DNA of 64,000 nucleotides from Podarcis erhardii (lineage: Eukaryota). The DNA lies in the NCBI GenBank assembly GCA_964252035.1, contig OZ176208.1; one strand, given 5' to 3'. The notes beneath the pieces are model-generated. The model had not been told where the DNA came from, searched no databases, and saw only the letters and a list, made by a program, of their open reading frames with translations. Made by a program: the position numbers and the translations under genes. This document shows positions 13,701 through 25,400 of this stretch, in pieces (within the stretch, counting starts at the first letter, position 1; each line of letters opens with the position of its first letter).

Positions 13701-15072
13701 CACAGACACCCCCCCCCTCAAAAAAAGAAAATGCAGAAACAGAAATGTAAATGTGTATCATATATGTTGAACTTGAGGGTAAGGACTCCATCAACTAGGA
13801 AGAAAGCAGAAAAGTTTTGCACCCTCTTGGAACAATGCCACAAATGTACTCTGGTGACTGGTGAGAATAAGAGTAGTAGTGAATCTCTTTTATGGTGCTG
13901 TTTTCAGGACATAATGTGCTGGTTTTATGGCATACCGCCACAGCCAATGCCTGAATTGCCGATGGAAATGCAATTTAGGATCCTGAGCAAGATCTAGCAG
14001 TGCTCCAATAATTTAATCATATCCATCATAATTTTCATCCCATATCACCACTAGGTGATAATTACTTATGTTAAAAGAAGGCATTTTCATCTACGTCCAC
14101 TGCAGTTCAACATCGCCTCTGAATTTCAAGAGAATAAAGCTACAGGGCTTGAATGACTATGTACTTAACAACAGCATGAAACACAGATGCAATGCATCTT
14201 TACATCTAACAGGCTGTTTATGGGGGATCTATGGTCAGTCCTCACTAAACACATCATAAACACATCCCTGAAGGTCTAATGTTTTATGGATGCATCTCAT
14301 AAAATCATTCCTACTTTCAGAGAATGTGTTTATACATTTGGAAGTTTATCTGTATTCTACACTTTTTTACAGCTGGAAGTCAGACATTTCATTTTGTTCG
14401 CTTTTCTCTTCCAGTTAAAGGCAAGGTAAAATGCATTTCATTTGCCAAGCCACTATTCTGTGTCTGCCTGGTAAGGCCCAGTTTGCCTATGTCAGGACTG
14501 ATTAGCAGATGGTTTAGTAGGCTCAGGCAGGTGCTCACCCTGTACAGAGCATTGACTTGTCCAGATTGATGAGCCATCCCAGAAACAGCAGAGATATACT
14601 GTACTTGTCTATCAAAACAAAAGAATCCACCACCTCTATTTCTCCACCCCTTCCTGTCTCAAACTTGGGTGTTGTACCAGTCAGCTTGGTTGTGCCTTAA
14701 AAAAATGCGACAGAAGAGCTACTTGGAATCTTAGGGTCTGTGTGTCCCTGATCAATCTCAAAACTCATTGTAAATGGCCCATCCAACTTGAGAATATGAG
14801 ATTCTGCTCTCAAATAAACCCTCATTCCCAATACACAGTACTAACAGATAGTGGGGAAAGATGTTGTTTAATTAAAATCTGGCTGGTTGATGGGACTTCC
14901 TTGGGATGGAGCTCTTAAAATCATGGCTGTCTTGAATGAGTCATGGCAGTTAAAGGGTAAGAACTCTATTTACCATCATTCCTTTTGACTTGACTCCTAC
15001 AGCCACACATTCCATATTGTAGTTCTGGGACTTATGTGTGGTGAAAAATGAAGGGAAAATGATATGAGAGAA

Positions 15073-15075
<3 letters not shown>

Positions 15076-15109
<34 letters not shown>
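15076..15109. repeat. (AT)17 microsatellite
   Basis: Perfect run. Confidence 0.99.
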
Positions 15110-15112
<3 letters not shown>

Positions 15113-18100
15113 CATGGGCTGAAGCAAAACATAGCACTCTACTAATACCTTGAAAGGGGTTGAGCCTGACAGAACATCTGGTTCCAAGTTTTTACTGGGA
15201 ATACACATACAAATTTCTGATCCCATATAGACCAAAAAAGGTTTACTTACAAAGTTCAGTATCAAGTAACAGCAGCAAACAGGAATCCTTTACAGATGTC
15301 TCTAGCCCCTTCACCACTGTGAAAAGTGTTCTTCTTAGTCCCTGCTTCTTCGCTTTATGTGACTCATATGTGGGCAACAGCAATCTTTAACAAATTCCTT
15401 CTTGAGGAATTTTAGACATTCAAATGCCATAAATTTTGATTTACACTCCCCAGACAAATTTGTAGCTCGAAATGTAGCCACTGGCTTTGCTTTCTCTAAA
15501 TATTCTAGAAAAGTTCTTGGCAAAAAAAAAAGTCAAACTGAGAGACAATACATTTAGAAATGTTTCTTTGACAAAAGATGTATTGTAAAATATCACAATT
15601 TAGTTTCGGTATATATCACAGATTAATATGGAGCTGAGACTCAATGAATTTATTGTTGAATGCAAGTGAAACTGATAGAGAATGATTTGTCCATCCTCAT
15701 CCGGAGACTAATTAGCTCTGGCTGTAACTCTACACACACTACCTAATTGAACAGTTATTTGACACTCATAGAAAATAACTAAACACGGAGGCAGTATTGC
15801 AGCAGAAGCACAAATGCAAATAGAAATCTCACTCTTTCTGCTTCTTCACCATAAGTGCTGCTCCTATCTCAAAGGCTAACCACAGCAATGAAGATAAACA
15901 GGTAATTCGGATAAATCATACTCTGGGTCATTACATTAGTTTTGTATGCATGTAGAAGAATGAGGAAAGGCAAATCTGGCAGGTATTTATAAACAAATCA
16001 GTTCTGCAGAGACCCTGACATTCTTTGGCACAATTGTTAGGTGACATTGCCTATTAATTTGAAAAGAAAATAATAGGTGGCGGAGGAAATATGAAAACAA
16101 TAATTCACTTCTAGTATATAGCACAATTCTATGAAATGCCATTTACGTTTCTTTGCCCTGGGAGCAGACCAGAGTGAAAACTTTAGCAGTCAGGTCCAAT
16201 CCCTGGGCCCACCCCCCAAGCCACAGCGGACTGGTGCAAATTCAAACCTGGATCTGGCAGGAACCCAGAGAGCATTGTGGTGGCCAGGCAAAGGGGCCAA
16301 CAGCTGAAACAAACACGGTGTGGCTCTGCAGAGGGGGTGGGGGGTGGGAGGAGCCACCACGCTGGGTTGCAAGTGCCTCCCACCCTTGGACCGATGAAGT
16401 GTCTATTTCCTTCAGCCCTACCATCCATTGCTGAATGGGGTAAGTGCTGGAAGAAATATAAGCAGAAGTCATTGAGAAGATAATGAAAATATTCGCAGTA
16501 AGCAGTGTGGTCCTTTTGTATTGAAATCTAAGTGTAACTTCAAACATCAATTATTTTACTGCATAATTATCTATTTTAAATCACAACATTCTAGAATCTC
16601 GGGAATGAGGTTGTCTAAAAGAGTGATATAAAATACCACTTTCAAGCCATGAATCAAAATTATCAGTTGCTGTGCAGTTAATAATTGGAGAGCCTAACAC
16701 ACATTTTATGTACAGCCCAAATATTTGTGAATCTTTTCAGATATTAGGGACACTGAGTTCTCACAGTGAGCAACCAGATGTCTAGAGAAGCCCCCAAACA
16801 GTGTTAATGGGCTCATTTTGGGCAGCATCTGTGTGCATGGTGAAGGCCATCACTCCAGAAGCTGTGAAATGGAATAGACGAAAATGTTGGTCAAGAGACT
16901 CTGGCACATGGGGGAAATAGACCCGTCTTGAGGGAAGAAATGTTTCTTTTCTGTCTGGACTGTGTGATAAACAGAAATGTCAACAAAGCCAATATGAGCA
17001 AAGACAAGGCACCAGTGTGAAGAAGGTACAAAATGTGTTACTCCATGGGGCTGGCAGTGCTGAGTGACCCAACAGGGCTTTAGATCACATCAATCCCTAA
17101 CACAGTAGAAAACTGTTTCTGCAGGGGTTTACCCCATGACCTCCATTTACCAATACAGAATGAAATTTAGTTGTGAGCAAGAGGGGAATTAAGAGGAACC
17201 AACTAGGAAAAGGTTTCTGGGACATTGGAGAAGAGATAGAAGTGGCACATTCTTCTCTGGACTCCATCCATCTTACCCTCACCGTTTTTTTCTACATAAG
17301 CAGATTTTTCTAGCGTCTTCCTGTGCTGTAATTTCTCTCACCAGGCCCAGCCCACTCATGAGGCAGGGTAAAGCAGCCATACTGAGTTGCAGAAGCCCCC
17401 TGATGCAGCGCTCTCACAGCCGCCCCACGGGCTCCACCACCTCTGCCAGAAAAGTGGCACCAGCAGTGGTGCCAATTTCAGCGTCAATGCCGGTGCCACT
17501 TTGCTGTCACCACCAATGGAGCACAATGGCAGCGGCGGCAGAGCAGGGCAAGACTTCCTGTTTTGAAACAGGACACATTACCTCTGTCTCTCATTTCTGG
17601 AGCACACACAAAATGAAGAAAGCTTTGAAAGTAGAAGCTTTGAAAGTGCTCATTCGGAGTGCTGATGTCTGCCATCTCCAAGACACATTAATGTAGGAGA
17701 GGAACAATCAAAATGAATTTGTTTTCAGATGCCATTCTTGTGGCTTGTAATAATTTTTCATTGGGTTCAGTTGTGTGTGTGTGTGTGCTGAGTTTTCAAC
17801 ACACTGTTATGAAGGTTGCATGCAACCCCCAATCTCTGCCAGGTGGCAGCAAAATTCCAGGGAGGTAGCAGTTCAAGTACCTACCCAGGTTTGTGTTTCC
17901 ATTGGGAATCAAGACGCAGCAGAGATCATCATGACTTTAAGAAATATGGTTTGTTAACATATATTTACACCTGGGTCTACTTGGGAGTTCAGAACATTAC
18001 ATCTCAAGAGGGGCTTGTTCCCCCTGCAGTGCAGCATTGGATGTCCAAGGCATCATGTATGCCATCTTTCTGCCTTTGTCCTAGCCTGTCCAGATGGTTC

Positions 18101-18352
18101 TGACCTTCAGCCCCCACATGGAGCTCTACCTATTTCCTCCTCCTTCCCAGCAGACTTTGCAGAAAAACAACTCCTACCTTTCATTTCCAGCACGCCATCT
18201 ATCTATAACCTCCATTTCAATTACCTTTTGCAAAAGGCACCCCCCTGTGGTGACATCAGGTCCCCCTTTTATCTTGGTAGCCTCCCACTTTCTTGTCTGA
18301 TGCTGAATGTCTCACCTTTTGTCCGGGTATTGACTCTGCTACCACTTGTCTT

Positions 18353-18543
18353 CAAGGGTAACAACTTGAATAAAATATTGCAGGGGCTCAGGTAAGCCCC
18401 AGCCTACATAATCCATCAGAAGATGTGGCACATGCACACAATTTGAAGGGCAATGCCCATCAACATTGGGACGGGCCCAGTCCCCTGAAATATTTCATTG
18501 TGGGGAGGCGAAGGGACCTCAGCCCACAGGAGTTTCTCTGATG
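18353..18543 (+). mobile_element. Non-autonomous hAT MITE, copy A (inverted relative to 22253-22421)
   Basis: Aligns to the reverse complement of 22253-22421 (caacttgaataaaatat, caggtaagccc, gcaatgcccatcaac, aaatattt); degenerate 8-bp TSD cttgtctt / cttgccct. Confidence 0.8.
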
Positions 18544-19049
18544 CTTGCCCTTGTTCCTGGGTGGCACCTCTCTAAACCTAGCCCCTGAGGAAGTTGGTTT
18601 GACTTCAAAACCCACATTTACTAATTTCAGAAATTATGGGGAGAACATGGCACCCATGAATTTAAGCAAACCCATATTGGTAAATTTTGTGCAACTGTGT
18701 TGTGGAATTGTTGGAAATTAAAAGGTGACTCTGAACTGCCTGACACTAAAAAAATAAAAAAATAAAAAAATGCACCATGGCAGGCATCAATAGTGGGTCA
18801 TGCCAGGGCAGTGGGACACTGACAGTCACATGATAATGCCAATCATGTGTACTAGAGTAAAAAAAAAAAAAAAAAAAGGAGTCCATGGTGATAAAACTTT
18901 GGATTGTCAGGAAACATCTTTAAAGTTGTGGGAACAGAAATAACTGTACCTGACCTCATCTCTGGCCCTTCACAAAACATTTCAGCCTATTCAATGCTGT
19001 CATGAAAATCCTTTCTACAAAATTAATCAAAATAGGCTTGGAAACCTGT

Positions 19050-19915
19050 CATGTGAACTGAAACGTGACTGAACGACCGTTAACAAAGGATAATGATACA
19101 CTGATGTGTATCAAGTTGTGGGGAGGTGCCTAGCGGGAACTAAAGCAACTGGCATTACTTCCATATTTATTTGACATCTTCATTAATGATCTGGAAAGGG
19201 GAGTAAACAGCAGGTTAATGTAATTCACATATTATCCTGAATTGGGAGGCATTGCAAAATAAAAAAACAGCCAAGGCATGGAAATAATAGAGAGGGAGCT
19301 AAGATATTGGAAACATGGCCTTAGCAACAAAATGATATTCACTTTGGAACACAGCAATATAATAATATCAGAGGGGGGAATATAATCCGAAGCAGATCTA
19401 TTGAATGCGGGAGTGAAACCTGAAAAGCAATAAAGCTTAAACAGCCATAGAGATGGTAATGGAGAGCAAATTAGTCAGGAGTGCATAACATAATGCAGCA
19501 CAGAAAAGGGCTGAGCCATTTTGATGGAAATATCAATGTGATAGTAGGAAAAAAAGATGGTAATAACATCAGCCAACATCAGCCCAGAGTAATCATACCT
19601 GAAACACTGTGTGCAATTTTGGGTAGCACCTTGTCAAATTCAAAGCATTTTATTGCAAAACCCGCCACACTACTAAGGGTCTTGGGGAAGGGAGACATTA
19701 TCAGGAATGAATTTAAGAGATAAGCATTAACCTGTATATCATGTACAAGCAACATTGGAAGGAAGGACAGCTTTATATTAGGCTTAAACGCCCAAACAGG
19801 AAGCCTTGGTTATCTTTCCAGTTGGATATGCTTCTGGGATGACATGCAGAGGAGAAAGTTGCAATTATTTCCATATTTATTTGACATCTTCGTTAATGAT
19901 CTGGAAAGAGGAGCA
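19050..19915 (+). mobile_element. Ancient, highly decayed CR1 (L3) RT-region fragments
   Basis: atttgacatcttcattaatgatctggaaagggga encodes the CR1 RT motif LFDIFINDLERG; downstream ttgggaggcattgc and tgtgcaattttgg resemble further CR1 ORF2 segments; many stops and frameshifts. Confidence 0.65.
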
Positions 19916-22252
19916 AATAGCAGATTTGCTTCTTTCTGCTCCCCACCCCAATGGGGTTAAACATGCCACAACCTTATTAAGACACATAACACAATGCAAG
20001 TTATTAACTATAAAAGGGTAGTTCTAACCCTTCCTACTGCAGTGCCCACAACTGGTATGCATAATTACCTGCCAAGGTGTCCTCCTGGGATAACACTCTG
20101 AAGTTAACCCCAATAAATTAGCCATTCTGTTTTGCAGGAAAAGGTAAGTTCCCTAAATAGCTACCTGCAATTCTTAATGGTCGTATTATATCCAGGTTGT
20201 ACCATATCACAGACAGGAATTCCACTCTAAGGCCACTCAGCCCTCTGAATGCCCAGCTTTCCCCTATCTCTTCCTAGGTAGCCTTCACAGACAACTTCCT
20301 GTTCTTCACTGATAGCCAGTGTAAGGGACAACCTGAGTTGGTTATCTCTCTCTTTCTCACCTGCTGCATCCTATCCGCAGGTATGATCCGGGCGTCTGAA
20401 TCCCAAAGTCTGCATGTATTTATCATTATTTTCTTGTGTATTTTTATCCCACTTCCTAGACCCAGCCACCATATGGTGGCCTACAATTAAAATGTTAAAA
20501 GCAGTGAAAAGAAGAAGAAAAGAAATAGGAAACATTTAATAAAAATAGCATTGGATAAAATTCTATGAAGAAAATCCCTGTCCTCTGAGCTGCTATTGCG
20601 TACTTTCAGTGTAGAAGCCACCAATGCAAGCTTTTCACTGAGATGCCGAGATAAGGGAAAGTGCTAAACCCCTCCTTCCCACCTCCTGCAGTCCTGATTC
20701 CCTCCTCTCCCCCAGTCACATTGCTTTCACACAGTCAACACCATGTCTGCTTCTTTTTTCCCTTCTGTATTACACACTGATAGTAATTGCCTTGCTTGGT
20801 CATACACCTGTGTTTGTTTAGGAATTCCTATGGATAGGCTTTCCTGTGGCTTTGAAGGCTCTGTTGCAGAGAGACATTTGGAAGAGTGCTTCTCCTCCTC
20901 CCATCATTGTACAGCAGAGAGGAAAGAAGCTGCTTTTGCCAAATCTCTCCTTTCATGCAGGAATTCAAAGCAGACTATCCACCATTAGGCCGGGAGCTGG
21001 AAGCTCTCTCAGGAATTAGCCTTTTCTGGCACTGGCAGTGTTATAGTTGGCAACAGATATTCTAATCCGCTTCCGAATGACTAGTCCGCTTGTGTGTTCT
21101 GTGGATTTTCATTTCCTACAGACGCTCATCTCCTGCCCTCTCCACCATAGTAACCTTGGTTTTTGTTTGTTTATGCATTGCGTTGCAGCATAGGGTCATG
21201 CCAAGTGAAAATACTTACACTCTAATTTATGGCTCGCCTGACTTAAGTTTAATTTAAAAGAAGAAAATGGGAAGTTTGCATGCAAGCAATAGGTAGAGGT
21301 CTAGAATATGCAATATCCTGAAACAAATAATTCATGTCATTCTTCAGGCTAACATTTAGCAAATGTGGTGACATTTATGCAGTGTTAAATGATTGACACC
21401 TCTTAATTCTAATGTAGAAGCTAGTCTAGCATTTCTTTTAGAGTGCTAACATATCTATGTGACATTTCTTTGCAGTAAAACTGTCAGGTTTGTAGCACTT
21501 CCCATACATGAGAAATTTCTCTCCCTAACACAACATTATTGCAAAATTTAACCTTGTGTAGAAGGTTGTTATGACACCCAAACTTAGTGAAATATGGCTG
21601 AGGAGAAGCACAGTGACACTGTGACACAAGACGATTTATTTGTTACCTTTTCCTAATTTTTTCCTAAAGCAGGGGTTTTCCTTATTTGTTAAGAAGCTCC
21701 ATCTTTCACTTGCACCCAGAGTGGGAAGGTCAGTGGCATCTAAGTGCAAACAAAGATACAATGTGATATGTTAGTTTCAGACGATGGAGTATTGGATATT
21801 GGAATTATATTTCAATTTATTTATGTGGACCAGTGCCGAGGCAGTTGAACATTGTTTGTAGCAGGCTCAGCAAGACCATAAGTGCCCAAGACCTGGAGAC
21901 CTAGATTCCATGAGCTGATTTATTGTCATTTCATGTTCCAAGAGACAAGGTGTCTGGTATACATGCCCAGAATTGCCACAGCACTAATTCATCTCTTCAT
22001 AAAGTCATTAGAACATTTCTTTAAAGAGGGCACTTTTAGAAGCCTATTTGAAGCTACACCTCCTGACCTGGAAGCCCTGTCTCCAAGTCCCAGATATGTG
22101 ACTCTACCTATTCAGTTGGAAAAGAAAGGCATCTAAAGCAATTCAACTACCTTCTCTACAGATGTCACTGAAGTGATGGGGTCAGGGGACGAGACCGTGG
22201 CTAAGTGCTACTCTGATAATGCAAAGACTGAAATAGGGCCCATTAGGTAGAG

Positions 22253-22421
22253 AATAGGCACCACCCCACTAGGGGCTGAAGCCCACCCCCCCCCGTAAAA
22301 TATTTGAGGGATTGCCCTCCCAGTTGATGGGCATTGCAATTCCAATGATGTGTGCTTTGATTGATTATGCAGGGCAGGGCTTACCTGCCCCCCCTATATT
22401 TTATTCAAGTTGGCACCACAG
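22253..22421 (-). mobile_element. Non-autonomous hAT MITE, copy B
   Basis: Reverse-complement match to 18353-18543; degenerate flanking 8-mers aggtagag / aggcaagg differ only by transitions. Confidence 0.8.
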
Positions 22422-25400
22422 AGGCAAGGGGTGGGTGCCATCTTGTCCTTTGTCTCAAGCTGCAAAATGTCTTGGCTTGGACCTGAATTGGACCAAAGTC
22501 AAAGAGGTGCTTTGGAGTCTGGGACAATGGACAAGATGGCACCCACCCCATGCACACACAAAAAGAAAACCTGATTTGATTGGCAGTTCAATTTTACTGG
22601 TGATGAGTCAGTGCTCTCCATGGCATCTGAAAGTTAAGACAGATGCTGGCTCCAGGCATCTCTCACTTGAGATGGTTTTGGATGTTAATAGATCATGCAT
22701 CTTGCCAAAATGGAGCTCCCTCTTCTGATTCGTTATGTCTGCTAAAGTGGCACTCATGGATCTCACCTGCGATCTTGTTTAAAGCTTTGCAGCAGAATTG
22801 GGGATTTACAAGCATATGTCATGCTTCTTAACTGTGCATGATTGGCCCTTGGCGTGAAGCCAACAGTGACTGGCAACCACAACCGTTGTAAATATTTGTA
22901 TAATTCCACAGTCAGAACGAAATGGGAGGTGAAAAGAAAACAGGGCAACCCTCCAAAATAAATGCCAAAATATTCAAATGCTTAAATATTTGCAGCCCGC
23001 AGACATAATTTATTTGCTGTTTTGTGTGGCATTAATATGGCCCTCTGATATAAGCAAAGACTCATGAGCATTTTCCATAAACTTTTAAGTTCAGCCTCAA
23101 AAGCGGAGCTGGTTAAGTGTCCTCATGCTGCAATGTGAGCTCTTGTGCTCTGTTTGCACAGCAGCAAAATCTAAATATTGAACAACGGGAATGTATTATT
23201 GACTGACTCCATATTAAGCAACTTAACCTGAGAGAAACCTCAAGCACCTAACAGTTGGAAAAGCTCTATTTTCTCTTCTGTTTAATCATAGCATAGTCTT
23301 TTATTCCACAGTATTAAATATGCATAGACAAGTAGGCACAACGCATATGCCACAGTGGCACGATTTACATTTCCCTTACACAATAAATCCTGCTCCTATG
23401 AGCCGCCATGGCAATGAGCCATTAGCTCCAATGGAAATAATGGCTTGTGGGATTGTGACCTGCTCCAGTGGTATCCATCAGGATTCAAAAGACCTCCATA
23501 ATGAATCCCCTAATACAAGTGCATGCTCATGTGGAGCTCCAAGGGAATGAAGAAATATTTCTAATTTCGGGAGTACATCTTACTGTGCTTTGCATAATGA
23601 CTGTGAATGTATTACATCAGATAAATGAATGAGAATAGCTTTTAGTGCGGCATTCCTTCAGGGGCAAATAATAAATCAACAACCTATGAACCTGAGGTCC
23701 ATTTGGAGCATGTTTAGAGCCCTCGTTAACCCACAGGGGCCAATTTGAATAGAAACAATTTTAATGAAGGAGCAGAGGAGCTTTTAATAATTTATTACGT
23801 CATGGGAGAAATGGAAACGTACCAAGAATGATAAAGTCTGTCTGAACATGAGCAGTATCCAGTGGCTTTGATGTAATTCTCTGGTAGCCCTAGGAACTTC
23901 CTCATTACACAAAACAGAGGATTGGTTGCCACGTTCAGTGCACACTTACTTGGGAGCATGCCCACTAAACTCAACAGGTCTACAAAAGAATTGGACTTTA
24001 AGAAACAATCTTCTTGTGATGGAGAACCATTAGCCTTCCACAGATACCCCCAAGGATAACCTCACCCTGTTGCAGTGATGGAATGCCATGGGCCCATGTT
24101 TTCACACCCAGTTATGGCACCAAGTTCTGTCATTTTGGACTTAATGCCTTTGCAGGCTACACCACAGGCAATTCTTTACAAGTAGTAGTACACAAAGATT
24201 ACTAGATTGCTTAGCCAGACATGAAGGCAGAGCTTAATGTGTTGTGGTAAAGAGACCAAAATCTAACGTGGCATTTTACAGATAAACTAACAACCTATCT
24301 TCCTATTACCTTTGCATGTGTGTAACAGAACTCAAAAGACCTCAGATTTTTGTGTTCTGCTTTGTTTTTAAAATGAAATATAACATTAGGATGCTAAATT
24401 TGAACTAGAGTAGTATTGGAGGTGAAGGAATCTTTAACCATTTCCCCCACAGTGTTTGTCTACGCCAGTCATGCTGCCAAGCCATTTACGCCCCCCGCCC
24501 CCCACTACAGGGTTTCCAATCCATGACTGGACATTTACTGTACATGTAATGTGAAGTGAGCCTCTACTTTTATTGTCATGTCAGCTTATATAAGAAGAGC
24601 ATACTTCTACAGATGTATGCACAGAGTAGATAGTAGAGCAATGGAATATGGATGGATAGGCAACTAGACAGTCAACGCAGGGGAGATTTATTTTTCAAGG
24701 TGTGATTAAAAGGTAAAGGAACAGATCCCAGTAACAGAAGTATGGCACTTGGTCTATTATCACTTGATAAGAGGTCCACTGATACAAATGGAGCTGGAGC
24801 TTACACACACTGAGATCCTGCACCTGGGGGCTTAAGCTCTAGTGAATCGAATATCCAATATTTTTATTCAAATCAAGGGATGGATTGTTAAATCTGTAAA
24901 TGAACTCCCATCCAGCAGCTTCACGTTTATCAATCTGCATTGCTTAAGTATGGCAGCTTTAAGGTCAAACACTGAATGTACAGAGAAACTGAAATATTTG
25001 TCTATTGGCTTTCTCTGTGCTGCCATTTTAAATGTCTGATTTCTGTCAATGCACACCCTGACACCAAAAGTAATCACTTTGCTTTGTGTGAACTGTTAAA
25101 GAGCACTGCTGGCAGATGATTAAAGGATGTGCACCCCTTGCTTGCATGGCTGATTGCTATTGGATGCAGACTCTAGTACTGCCAGATCAGATGAAGGGGT
25201 GGCTGGCAAGGGGTTTGTTGCTAGGCAGAATTCCTAATATCAGGTTTCCCTTAGAATGGTAGATCTTGTTAATTAATAAACTGTTTCAAATTGCAGATTG
25301 ACTATAAGCAAAGGTCAGATCCAACCTTCTTTCCAAGCCCTCTGCAAAAGGCTCACAATTTAGCAAGAAGAACTTGCAGTTGATAATTATACAGTAAAGC

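Noticed and set aside
23402-23426. Perfect Kozak context GCCGCCATGG
   Set aside because: Opens only MAMSH-stop and there is no evidence of a transcript start.
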